Part shown: positions 38,177 through 50,358 of the stretch, one piece after another
How the letters are laid out: each line of letters starts with the position of its first letter
Numbering within the stretch: the stretch's first letter is position 1
Assembly (NCBI GenBank): GCA_000934665.2
Contig: JYFJ02002815.1
Location: 1 to 50,358, forward strand
Reading direction: 5' to 3'
Source of the DNA: Catajapyx aquilonaris
Taxonomy: Eukaryota
Length of the DNA: 50,358 nt
Notes under the pieces: generated by a model
Databases searched by the model: none
Seen by the model: the letters and a program-made list of their open reading frames with translations, nothing else
Told to the model about the DNA's origin: nothing
Made by a program: the position numbers and the translations under genes

Positions 38177-38725
38177 GAGGCACCAGATATTTGAGAACAA
38201 TGCTGACCGGAATGAGGGCATCAGTGTAGAAAAATGATATGAGTATGTCTCATAATGCACTTCAGGCTGGGTGCACCATTGTGGGTTTGACAACCAAGAT
38301 GGTGCACCCAGCCCGAAGTGCATTATAAGAGATACTCTTATCATTTTTTCAACATATATTGGAGGATGGTGCAACACTTTCATATTATGAAAGTGCCAAC
38401 CTCCAATATATTTTCACACCCAAGGTGGCCATGCACAGGCAACAGAATGCAGTCAGGTACTTCCTTACCTGCCCAACAATGGTTTGTCATACTGTCGCTT
38501 GTACCAGCCTCTTTAAACTTCGCCTGTAATGCTTTTCTGAATGCGTACATTGGCTGATGTGTTGTTCATCTTGTGTTTGGGATGGCAACCCTGGGAAATC
38601 AAGACGTTCGCAGAATTTGAGATTGGAACACTGAGCTTGTGCAACATTAATGTGGTTTTGGGTTCCAAATCTCTCGAGTTTTTATTGAAACCAGGATGGT
38701 GCAATCTTATCTTAAAACTTTACCA

Positions 38726-39168
38726 CACTGTACACCCTATTATTCAGGCTAATGGCTGCACGGGTGTTGCTGGATAATCTGAAAACATGAATAATCGGGA
38801 AATTGCCCGAGACATAGCAAAAAAATAAGCTATTCACAGCTTTTTAATGTACTATACTCACTACTGTATAGAGATTGTGCACCTCAATTTAATCAAAATA
38901 ATAAAACTGAGATTTTTACTTTGTCTCATAGAAAAAAGTATGTTATATTTCATCATTGACAAGACATTGACAGTAGGTGGAATTTTCATCCCACTGCTAG
39001 TTACTGCTAACTTACCAAAGTACAAGTGTTGGCACTGGTTCTGACACAAAGTTAGCAGAATCTAGCAGTTGGACAAAAATTCCACACATTTTTGTCTGAC
39101 TTTAATTTTAAATTTTATTTTATGCCGATGCATGGATAATCCGCACCTGGATAATTGGGGGTACAGTG
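38726..39168. mobile_element. pogo-like MITE in the F-box 3' region (homologue at 46133-46540; related ends at about 20583 and 20673)
   Basis: Termini CACTGTAC(A)CCC..ATTAT(T/C)CAGG and CCTGGATAATTGGGGGTACAGTG|TA, with repeated GGATAAT motifs. Confidence 0.6.
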
Positions 39169-42100
39169 TATTCCAAACAATACAAGTTGTATGTAGAGCT
39201 ATATGGCTTCAATTAGGTAGAATAGTCTTTCGTCATTTTCTTTTTTCCCCTCCCATGTTAAAAAATATAAATGGGGAATGTCTCAGAATTGAGCTCACAT
39301 CGAGCTCGTAGTGTCTCTGATTCTTCTTCATTGAGTTGGAATCTTTATGCCTCCGTAATGGTAGTTATAATTATAAGGTGCCTGATGATAATATGGCCAA
39401 GCTAAGCTTTGGCGAATATTCCTGAAGCTGTATTGGTCAATGTTAAAAAACAAAGTATGGTATTGGGTACATTGGAACCTTGCCATACTCCCATTTACAT
39501 AAGTGAACCTTTTTGGATAGAAGTACTCCCAAAGGGGTGAGCCGCTGCAAAATTGGTTCCCAGCATCTATGACTTTCTTGAAGGAACAGTGCTGGTATAT
39601 GTAATTCGAATGCCTAATTATCATGGGCAGCCCATGCGGCAGCTGCAGCACTACACAAACTGCACATTTTGTTATGAGGAGCGGTAGGCCCCGGCATGGG
39701 GGGGAACTACTTTCAGGGGTATGGGTATCCGAAAAGCCTCGGACTTATGTGAATCGGAGAGTAGTGGAGGAAACCATAATCTGACGTAAAGCTGAAAGGG
39801 AACGATGGGAAAAATATTTTCGCCCAAAAGTCTACCATTTGGCCATATTAAAAACACGTGATGTTTATATGGCCAACAAACTTTCGCTCACCGAAAAAAA
39901 ATGTTTATAAATATTCAGCAAAGTAACTGGTTTTTTTGTTGTAACTCCCTAGGTGAATATTAAGTTATGTAATAGAAACTAAGGAAAAAATATAATTGCA
40001 TAGGTACTTTTCAAATAAATGCCACTGCAATAAGAATCAAAGGAAGTTCAGGAAAAGCTGAGAATGGAAGACTCAAAAATCACTGCAACTTTTTTGTTCC
40101 ATTTGTGTCCTTACATTCTTCTTCTGCATAAGCTTCTCCTTTGTTGGGTACAAAATGTATGTAACCTGGTGCAATTCATAATATTTATACCCATGAACAT
40201 GCCAGTACTATATTTTCCAAATTGAATATTGCGTTCTTTAATATTTACCCATTCCCTTACCCTTGCTTTGTGCCTTTGTCATTTCATTCCCTCAAGCCTA
40301 TACCCTTCTCTCAGGGAAGTTGTGACTACAGATAAGAATAAGAGAGAAATGAAGATGTGAGCCTGTTGTATAGTTCATTATGAACTGTTGATCAGCAGAA
40401 CTGGTTAATTAATATCTCAGGTTGTGTGTGCATGTGTTAGAGAGCCTGCATACTTTTGAAACATTTGTAATGAATTAACCATAAAACAAAACATGACATT
40501 TTGTTCATTCACTTTTCACCTAATTCTGTGCCTATAATGTATAAGGAGATAATAAAATACATTTAATCCGGTTTGTTGCTTTATTTACACGAATGGTTTT
40601 CAGGAGGCGGAGTGGCACTGCCAACACCATTTACTAACAGCAAGACCAGGTTTCACTGAGCAGGTTATATCATAAATCCTCGATTTTAACAAGATTGGTG
40701 CCACAGCAACCATTGTTGACACTTGACAACAATCAAAGGGTAAGGAGTGTTCATTCATAATGTGTAACCTGCTGGTATGAAACCCGGCCTAAGCCAAGGA
40801 TGGCAGTAATGGATCGTATAGGTCAAAGTGCGCCGTGCATCGCATGGAAAATAAACGACATTTAAATTTGCAGAATGTTTTACTGGGCGAGTTACTGAAC
40901 GTTCCATTTCTGTTGGCGCCACCTTGATTGCCCTGAATGCGGTTGGCCACCCTGTGGCCTGTAGTCCAACCAAGATGGCGGATGAGTTGCCGTGAGAAGA
41001 AGAGCCGCGGGAGAGTCTCTCGGTGGTTGTTGTTCCGCTAAAACCAGTCTCAGCACCGACTCGTGGGGAAGGAGACTAGGAGTGGAGCTTGGTGAGGATT
41101 GGAAGGTGTGTTAAGGACCGTGGGAGGAAAGGTGGGGATGAGGCGCACTTGCTCTTGAAACAGGGATTCATTGCGAGGCCTAGTCTCACCTGGTTCATTC
41201 CATACCCTTGGAAAAATAACATGTCATTTAGGGTAGTTAGTGCGCATCACAGTGGTGCAATAGTTTAAGCCTGACTAACCTACCGCAGTCTATGAGAGGC
41301 ACTGAGTTACCAGGCAGGAGATTACAACATGCATTGGGCCATGCAAGCATTAAGTTTTGTTACGCTACCGATTCGACGCCATGAGGCACACCGGATAAAA
41401 AAAGAGCACGGGCAGATACGTTGATCCTATACCAAACTCTGTGACAGGTCAGTGACATTGCACTGGTTCCCGCTAGCTCATGTGGCGTGGGTTTTACACA
41501 AACACAGGTACTGTAATACCCAAAGTGCTGACTGGTTTATTGCCAAGCATATAATTATTATGTTGAATTTTTATTCTTGTGAGAGGTTGTGTAGGTAGGG
41601 GACCTCAGTGCTTGGTTTAGCCTGGGGTCCTGTAATAGTGTTAAGACGGCCCTGAGTACCAAGTACTGGAGGAGGGTGACATCATGGAAAGGAATTTTCG
41701 TGTCATTTCATATATTTATAGTATATCCCCTATTTGCCTCTCCTGCAAGATTTTTCACATATTGAGAGGGACTGGTGGCACAGGGTAAGGCATTGGGGCT
41801 CCCCGCAGCTGGCCCCCGGACCACAGCTCGCATTCACGGACACCAGGCGAACTCACAAATCGCGGAAGATCTGACGAAACCTGCCCAACAACACAATCAG
41901 GCTCGAAGATGTACCCAACTGCCCAGATGGTGGCCATTGTTTTGATGACAAAGAGCAGGGTTTATTAACCTTTTCGGGCCTCCGCACCCCTGGGAAGACA
42001 GTTGGTCCATGTCGCACCTCCTATACCAGGGGTGATTGATTAAGTACATTGTTAGAGTAATATAAGTCAGGAGGTGCATCTCGCTGGCACACCCAGGTTA

Positions 42101-42418
42101 AGAACCGCTGATATATAGCTAAAGGATATATTATTACTCCAGGGGGTTCCTGTATTTGTAGTCCTGTGGATGTGTGACCTCTATTCTGACTCACCTTATA
42201 GTGCTGTAGTGATTGCGAGGACTGGCAGTGGATGTTGCCAGTGGTTTCAACCAGTTGATAGCAGCACTTTCCTACTGACAATAATTTTTCTGCAGCATAA
42301 TTTTTTACTTGCCCTCTTCTTTCATATCCTCACCTTTTGTCATCTGTCTTTGCTCAGATCCGGATTTGCATTGTGTTCTATCTAGAGGCTCCTTCAACAA
42401 GCCAGCAATTGTAGGAGC

Positions 42419-45400
42419 ATGGTGTCCACACGGAGGTCATCAAGGTTGAGGTCCAGGGAGGACAACAAGGAAGCGAAGAGGCAGAGGCTGGACGATGGTG
42501 GAGATGACCAAGGTCACCATGGAGGGGCACAGGCCGCACCAGAACAGCAGCAGGTAAACAATAATGATGAAAATGGAAGGCTGAAGGGAGTTGAAACACT
42601 CCCATTCGTAATCAGTGCCAGATGACATAGTGAGACACTCCTCCTTCCCTCTCGCTCACTCCCTCTCTCTCTCTCTCCCCCCCCTTTTTTTGTTTTTACA
42701 GGGCAACAAGAAACTTCCTACAGAAATATGGCTTCATGTGTTTTCCTTCTTGCCTGCTAAATCTCTGGTAACGGGAGCTGCCCTCGTCTGCAAAGAATGG
42801 CATGATATGGCCATGAAGCAAAAGAAGCACTTGCAGGAAGTCAAGTTTGTTCTCGGGAGTGCTTCTTCTACTGAGTCTGCAGCCAGAGCATGCAGGTTGA
42901 TCCGCAGCATGCCTAAACTTAAGATAGTCAGACTTCATCGCTGGTATTACTCGGTGGATGTGATTTTGAGGACAGTTGCCAAGAAGCTTCCAGACCTTGC
43001 AGTGCTTGATTTGCAGTTTGTCATGATCCGTAACATCCAGTCCCTGGAGTTGGTGGCTCAGAGGTGAGTTTGTAATGTCATGAATTTTCCTCTTTGGTGG
43101 CTGGGTATTATTCACTTTGATTAGAAGTTTCTGCATGGCTTTCATTACCTTTGCAAGGGAATCAAACTATGACAATGGCTTTTAAGAACTAAAATTTGTT
43201 TTTAGCCAATGGTTGGAGCAATAATAAAGGGAACAATAATTTTTGGGATCGCAAGTGTACTTCACCATGTACATATACCTGATTTTTTTAAGAATTATAA
43301 GGCAGAGTTATTCCATGTGAAATGCGCCAGGGTGGTTGCTGGATCATCTAGTTAATTTTTTATCTTTTCACCGCAGGTAGCCTTGATATTGACTTGCTCA
43401 AAACTACTTTTGTTAATTTTTTATCTGCCACCATGTTGGATATATACTGATTTTTCTTCACCGTGGCGAGCAAAAACGAGCATTTGCAAGGGTTCTGAAA
43501 AAAGGCTACTGGCTGGTGTCTATTCCAGATAGGATGTTCTGGTTTTCAGTCTTGGCCTTTCGTACGAATCCTAAAAATTGGCACGAAGGGCGTGCAAACT
43601 GGAATTTGTTTTACCACGGCTAGATCCCCTCCCAGTCAGAGTTCTTGGGGAAAAAAATCCATCCTATGGTTTCAAGACCTTTTGATTTTACAGGCATTTG
43701 AAAAGGGCAAAATTTATCATTTTGGCAGCTATATATGTAAGACCATTAAAGTCGCAGTTACCAGAGTTTTATCCTCTATGTATGCACATATTCCGAAAGG
43801 CCAAGACCTCTTCTTTCAGGAAGTGAAAACCAGAACATCCTATCTGGAATAGACACCAAATACAAGGACGGCTTAATAAGTAACGCAAATCATTTAATTT
43901 AGGCAAAAGTTTAATAGATAGACAAAGCTTAAGATATACATTCCACCCTTTGGCTATTTTTCAATATATGAACCGTTTTTGTTGATGCGTTTCTCCCACT
44001 GTGGTCCATCGTTAAAGGTAATTATGCTCGGTTATTGCCAGAAGGTTCAGTTGGGTGTGGGTTGCTTTAGGCATGGGGGAGGCTGTGCTCTGGAGAAAAC
44101 GAGACCATTGGGCCAGGTGGTATAATTATTAAGGGGAAGTGGGGTAAGTGCACACACGGGGTAAGTGCATACACGGGGCTGCCATATTGGAATGAAAATG
44201 GCTGACGATACCAAAACGCGGGGGATGTTATGTGCAGCTACACAAAAGAGTGCCTGAAGCGTTTTGGTGTTGTCAGCCATTTTCATTCCAATGTGGCGGC
44301 ACCGTGTATGCACTTACCCCGTGTGTGCACTTAACCCACTTCACCTTATGTCAGTGAGTAAGCCATATGGCCTGGGTCTGAAATATTACTTCCTATTGCC
44401 TTACTTGGTTAAGTGTATAGTGTTAAGACAAAAGAAAGTTTATTCCATGTGCGACTTGAAAATTCTGGAAGTTCAGGAAATTTCATCACCGAGGCAGGAT
44501 GGTGGTGATTGACACAAACTACAGTAGTTTGTGAAAGTATGGAAATTGTGTGACCTGCCTGAGTTGGCCTTACATTTGCAACAGAAATGTAGGTAAAGTT
44601 TTTAGATCCAATCACACAAAATGGGTTCCAATCTTCTCCTTTTGCAAACCTTCTTTTTGGACAATTACTAAAACCTATAGAATTACATCCTGTACTCATA
44701 TTCCAAACTTGCTCTTGTTTTATTATTTAAGATGAGTTTATTACCATTTGTGGTTACTATTATTAATTTGTAATGATTATTATTCAGGTGTTTATTACTT
44801 AGGAAATGCAGCAAGGACAGGATTTCTCATCCACTTATAAGACAATTTGTTCTTTGTTTTTACACCTGCAGTTGCCGGTCCCTTAGAGAAGTTCGACTTG
44901 ATGGGAATTCTTGCGTCAGATCCAAGTATCCTCGTCACATCCTGGATACATTTTCCACCTGCCCCAAACTGAAGAAGTTTATAGTGAACGCATTCTACTC
45001 GTGGAGTGTGCTGCCCATAGACAAACTCATTGTGAGGAAATGGCCAAAGCTCACTGATGTTGAATTTGACATTTTTTCGTCAATTCAAAATGCAATATCC
45101 ATGAAGATTGTGATTGACACAATAGGAGGCCAGCTGCGTCGACTAAAAGTAGGTCACATGGACATGGGTCATATAGACAATGCCGGGCATGACCCATACC
45201 TTGCCATTGGACAGTGCCACCAGTTGGAAGAGCTCATTATGTGTAGGGCATATGAGGTGAAGAAGACTACCCTTGTAGAGGTGATTGGCAACCTGCCACA
45301 CCTGCGCAGACTGGAACTGGGCTGGGTGTATCATGATGACACTGGGAAGTTGCTGTCCTTTTTTTCCCTGGCACAAGCAGCCAGTCGCCTAGAGAGCCTT

Positions 45401-45658
45401 AAGTTGCACAGCCACAGTCGTCTGACAGAGCACTGCATGTCGGCCATAGCCTCCAGGTGCTTGGAGCTGACACATGTGACTTTCTCCATTTGTTCAGGTT
45501 TTACCTACACTGGCTTTTACAAAGTGATCACTCAATGCAAAAAATTGAAGACTGTCAGAGTCCAAGAGTGCTGTAACATCTTGATTGATCCACATTGCCA
45601 TAAGAAGGTGAAAGAGCTCAATCCAAATGTTGTGTTAACAACTACAGAACAGTGTTAA
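42419..45658 (+). CDS. F-box/leucine-rich repeat protein (FBXL-like), copy 2, about 427 aa
   Basis: Exons 42419-42553, 42702-43063, 44872-45658 (1284 nt). Same exon structure as copy 1 and an intact frame. Confidence 0.88.
43305..43870 (+). repeat. Dispersed repeat family, also at 22033-23200 (interrupted by the mariner) and truncated at 34567-34620
   Basis: Shared start g(g/a)gt(c/t)attccatgtgaaat..ggttgct(c/g)ga(c/t)catctagt, and shared internal block gtcagagt(c/t)cttgg..aaaaaa..ttcaag..ttttacaggc(c/a)tttgaaa. Confidence 0.55.
44132..44346. mobile_element. Palindromic MITE with TA TSD, specific to the F-box copy 2 intron
   Basis: Arms of about 88 bp, AGG(G/T)GAAGTGGG(G/T)TAAGTGCACACACGGGGTAAGTGCATACACGG. 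The empty site ttatta-tgtcag is present in copy 1 (about 34690). Confidence 0.8.
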
Positions 45659-47294
45659 GAGGGACCAGATATTTGAGAACAATGCTGAATGAGAGCATCA
45701 GTGTAGAAAAATTATAAGAGTATCTCTCATAATGCACCTTGGGCTGGGTGCACCATTGTGGTTTCAGACTCGTGATGTCAAACCCTGAGTTTGAGTGCAA
45801 ACGAAGGTATTATATGAACGTGGTGCACCAGCCTCCAATATATTTTGACACCCAAGGAGGCCATGCACAGCCAACACAATGCATTCAGGCACTTCATTAC
45901 CTGCCCAACAATGGTTTGTCATATTGTTGCTTGTACCAGCCTCTTTCAAGTTGGCTGATGTATATGTATTGTTTATCTTGTGTTTGGGACGGCAACCCTG
46001 GGAAATCAAGACTTTTGCAGAATTTGAAATTGGAACAACAAGCTTGTGCAACATTAATGTGGTTTTGGGTTCCAAATCTGTTGAGTTCTTATTGAAACCA
46101 GGATGGTGCAATTGTATCTTAAAACTTTACCACACTGTACGCCCTATTATTCAGGCTAATGGCTGGACGGGTGTTGCTGGATAATCGGAAAACATGAATA
46201 AGTAAAAAATAAGCTATTCACAGCTTTTTACTGTATAGAGAGTATGCTCCTTGATTTAATCAAAATAATAAAACTTGTCTGAGCTTTTTACTTTGTCTCA
46301 TAGAAAAAAGTATGTTATATTTCATCGTTGACAAGACATTTACAGTGGGTGGAATTTTCGTCCCACTGCTAGTTACTGCTAACTTACCAAAGTACAAGTG
46401 TTGGAATTGGTACTGACACAAAGTTAGCAGAATCTAGCAGTTGGACAAAAATTCCACACATTTTTGTCTGACTTTAATTTGAAATATTATTTTTTGCTGA
46501 TGCATGGATAATCCGCACCTGGATAATCGGGGGTACAGTGTATTCCAAACAATACAAGTGGCATGTAGAGCTATATGGGTTCAATTAGGTAGAATAGTCT
46601 TTAGTCATTTTCTTTTTTCTGCTCCCATGTTAAAAAATATAAATGGGGAAGGTCTCATAATTGAGCTCACAGAGAACGTGTAGTGTCTCTGACTCTTCTT
46701 CATTGAGTTGGAATCCTTATGCCTGCCTGATGGTAGTTATAAGGTTCCTGATGATAATATGGCCAAGCTATAAGCTTTGGCGAATTTTCCTGAAGCTGTA
46801 TTGGTCAATTTTAAAACAAAGTATGGTATCATGTACATTGGAACCTTGCTATACTCCCATTCACATAAGTGTGAACCTTTTTGGATATACGTACATACTC
46901 CCAAAGGGGTGAGCCCCTGCTAAATTAGTCCCCAGTATCTGTGACTTTCTCGAAGAAACAGTGCTGGTACATGTAATTCGAATGCCTAATTATCATGGGC
47001 AGCCCATGCAGCACTATACAAACTGGACATTTTGTTGTGAGGAGCGATAGGCCCCGGTATGGGGGGCACTACTTTCAGGCGTATGGATGTCCAAAAAGGC
47101 ACCAAATCCTGGATTCCTCTGTAACTAACTGAGGTACAGTCCATTGGCCATATTATCATCAGGGACCTTATTATAATAGGGGAATCAATGTAAGTTGCAT
47201 TTGGTCATGTGCACAACTATCTGTGTTTTCCCCAACAGCCCAGCAACATGGCTTGTAAACACATGAGGACATGACATTTCTGTTGATATAGGTG

Positions 47295-47396
47295 ATATCC
47301 TAGTTTAGCCCCCAAAAGTACATCCATCACAATATGACAACAACAATGAGTTGTCATATTGTGATGGATGTACTTTCAAGGGGTAAACTAGGATAT
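47295..47396. repeat. About 100 bp hairpin element; only its right arm is present at 30772-30822
   Basis: atatcctagttta(g)cccc..aaagtacatccatcacaatatgacaac / gttgtcatattgtgatggatgtacttt..ggggtaaactaggatat. Confidence 0.65.
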
Positions 47397-50096
47397 AAAC
47401 TAGGTTTAACTTAACATGGGCTACTTATTGTCGGGAAAATTTTGCAAACAGTTAATAGTTTTTTTCTACTTTCCGATTAAAAATGTATGAAACCTGGTGC
47501 AATTCATAAAATTTATACCCATGAACATGCCAGTACTGTATTTTCCAAATTGAAAATTGCGTTCATTAATTTACAAGTTCCCATACCCTTGCTTCATCAT
47601 TTCATTCCCTCAAGCCTATACCCTTCTCTCAGGGAAGTTGTGACTACAGATAAGAATAAGAGAGAAATGAAGATGTGAGCCTCTTGTGTAGTTCATTATG
47701 AACTGTTAATCAGCAGAACTGGTTAATTAATCTCTAAGGTTGTGTGTGCATGTGATTGAGAGCCTGCATAATTTTGAAACATTTGTAATGAATTGAACAT
47801 AAAAGAAAAGATGACATTTGGTTCATTCACGTTTCACCTAATTATGTGCCTATAATGTATACGGAGATAATAAAATACATTTAATCCAGTTCGTCTCTTT
47901 ACAAGAATCTGAATGGTTTTCAGGAGGCGGAATGGAACTGACAACAGCAAGAACAGGTTTCACCGAGCAGGTTACATCAATGATCATAAATCCTCGAAAC
48001 TCTGATTCATAATGTGTAACCTGCTCAGAGTCTGAAACCCGGCCTAAGCCAAGGATGGCAGTAATGGATCGTTGAGGTCAAAGTGCGCAGTGCATCGCAT
48101 GGAAAATAAACGACGTTTAAATTCGCAGAGGGTTTTACACTTTTACTGACGATGAGTTACTGAGAATTCCATTTCTGTTGGCACCAACTAGGTGGCCCTG
48201 AATGCGGTTGGCTACCCTGTGGCCTGTCCAACCAAGATGGAGGATGAGTTGCCGTGACGAGAAGAGCGGGAGAGTCTCTCGGTGGTTGTTGTTCAGCTAA
48301 AACCAGTCTCAGCACCGACTCGTGGGGAAGGAGACTAGGAGTGGAGCTTGGTGAGGATTGGAAGGTGTGTTAAGGACCGTGAGAGGAAAGGTGGGGATGA
48401 GGCGCACCTGCTCTTGAAACCGGGATTGATTGCGAGGCCTAGTCTCACGTGGTTCATTCCACACCCTTGGAAATAGAATATGTCATTAATTTTAGGGTAG
48501 GTAGTGCATGACAGTGGTGCAGTAGTTTGCCCAATAGTTTAAGCCTGCCTAGTTTACCAGGCAGGAAATTAGGATTACAATAACATGCGTTGAGCGATGA
48601 ATGTTCACAAAGCACTTGTGGATGGACCTTTTAGCCATGTCAAGTGTTTACCTTTTGCGTGGCTGCCATGTTTGTGCTTGGGCGTAGTTAGCAATGGTGG
48701 TATGCTGTGCCAGGGTTAATATCTGTTCCAAATCGATGTGGAGCAGAGGGGAAAATTGTTGGCGGCTGTCAAGAGAGTGGCGGAGGGTTGGAAGAAGTTG
48801 GGAGCCCACCAAACGTCAACACAGAGTTGTGGAGCTCGCACTTTGCCTAATGTATACCAATTACCTGTGTTTATTTTCCTGGTGGGAGTAGCAGCGTGAC
48901 TAATTATATATTTAATATTCTGTGTACATTTGGGTGAAGCACATTATAGGAGCTGCAGACTTTTCAAGGTCAATTTCAGAGTTCACATGTGCGCAATATA
49001 ATAACAGCATGTAACTTGCAGCAACGTACCCAAACTCTCAACATGTAATGTAAGGTGAATAAGTAATAAGTTACTTCAAGAGTTACTTTCAACATATGTA
49101 CCATAGAAAAACAACATACGAGGGGCAGTCGGAAAGTTAGTTATGCCATGCTACCACCCGCTAGCTCATGGGGCGTGGGTTTTACACAAACACAGGTACT
49201 GTAATACCCAAAGTGCTGACTGGTTTATTGCCAAGCATATATTATGCTGGATTTTTATTCTTGTGAGAGGTTGTGTAGGTAGGGGACCTCAGTGCTCTGC
49301 TTAGCCTGGAGTCCTCTAATAGTGTTAAGATGGCCCTGAGTACAAAGTACTGGAGGAGGCCGACATCATGGAAAGGAATTTTCGTATCGTTTCATATAAT
49401 TATAATATATCTCCTATTTGCCTCTCCTGCAAGACTTTTCACGTACTGAGGGACCGGTGGCACAGGGAAAGGCATTGGGGCGCCCCGCAGCATCCTGGCC
49501 CCCGGACCACAGCTCACATTCACAGACACCAGGAGAACTCACAAGTCGCGGAAGATCTGACGAACCCTGCCTAACAACACAGTCAGGCTCGAAGATGTAC
49601 CCAACTGCCCAGATGGTGGCCATTGTTTTGATGACATAGACCAGGGTTTCTTAACCTTTTCGGGCCTCCACACCCCTGTGAAGACAGTTGGTCCATGTTG
49701 CACCCCCTATACCAGGGGTGATTGATTAAGTACATTGTTAGACTAATATAAGTCAGGAGGTGCACCTCGCTCGCACACCCAGCCTAAGAACCGCTGATAT
49801 ATAGCTAAACGCTATATTATTACTCCAGGGGGTTCCTGTATTTGTAGTCCTGTGGATGTGTGACCTCTATTCTGACTCACCCTGTAGTGCTGTAGTGATT
49901 ACGAGGACTGGCAGTGGATGTTTCCAGTGGTTTCAACCAGTTGATAGCAGCACTTTCCTATTTACAATAATTTTTCTGCAACATAATTTTTTACTGGCCC
50001 TCTTCATATCCTCCCCTTTTGTCACCAGTCCTTGCTCAGATCCTCATTTTCATTGTGTTCCGGAGGCTCCTTCAACAAGCCAGCAATTGTAGGAGC

Positions 50097-50231
50097 ATGG
50101 TGGGCACACGGAGGTCGTCAAGGTTGAGGTCCATGGAGGACAACAAGGAAGCGAAGAGTCAGAGGCTGGAAGATGGTGGGGATGACCAAGGTGACCCTGG
50201 AGGGGCACAGGCCGCACCAGAACAGCAGCAG
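50097..50231 (+). CDS. F-box/LRR protein copy 3, first coding exon (gene runs off the window)
   Basis: MVGTRRSSRLRSMEDNKEAKSQRLEDGG...PEQQQ|gtaaac. It is 135 nt like the first coding exon of copies 1 and 2, and the upstream promoter and intron sequence are homologous. Confidence 0.75.
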
Positions 50232-50358
50232 GTAAACAATAATAATGAAAATGGAAGGCTGAAGGGAGTTGAAACACTCCCATTCGTAATCAGTGACAGA
50301 TGACATAGTGAGACACTCCTCCTCCTCCTCCCCCCTCCCGCCCTCCCTCCCCCCCCCC

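Larger units (their letters stand above)
30772..50358 (+). repeat. Tandem segmental duplication, at least 3 units (about 30.8-39.7 kb, 40.2-47.1 kb, 47.3 kb to end), each carrying one F-box/LRR gene
   Basis: Colinear homology by eye: 30939/40163/47490 (aacctggtgcaat..), 31780-32660 vs 40370-41230 vs 47690-48490, and 38176-39720 vs 45658-47090. Confidence 0.9.

Noticed and set aside
38318..38777. ORFs conserved between duplicate units (also 45739-46184)
   Set aside because: Frames and indels differ between the copies. This is 3' UTR similarity from the tandem duplication.

Overview
Intron-containing, AT-rich animal DNA, most likely an arthropod given the Relish-type NF-kB gene. It is dense in MITEs and decayed DNA transposons. 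I assembled these gene models by hand from GT-AG sites and reading-frame phases: (1) a coiled-coil + Rab GTPase gene of the RASEF/CRACR2A/Rab44 class that appears to lack EF-hands (+, 6278-10563, 8 coding exons, about 646 aa); (2) a divergent Relish-type NF-kB gene with RHD, IPT and NLS but no ankyrin/IkB half (-, 17562-14062, 8 coding exons, about 451 aa); (3) a C2H2 zinc-finger gene head-to-head with it (+, 23469-30309, about 455 aa), the two apparently sharing a short promoter that contains a perfect kB site; (4) a tandem array of at least three F-box/LRR genes (+, 33696-38176, 42419-45658, and 50097 to the window end). The most interesting signal is the combination of an ankyrin-less Relish with a kB site in its own promoter, F-box/LRR paralogues whose substitutions cluster on the predicted substrate-binding LRR face, and a duplicated zinc-finger pair that differs mainly at base-contacting positions. 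Together these suggest a fast-evolving defence or immune locus. That is inference, not proof. No database searches or computed statistics were used.
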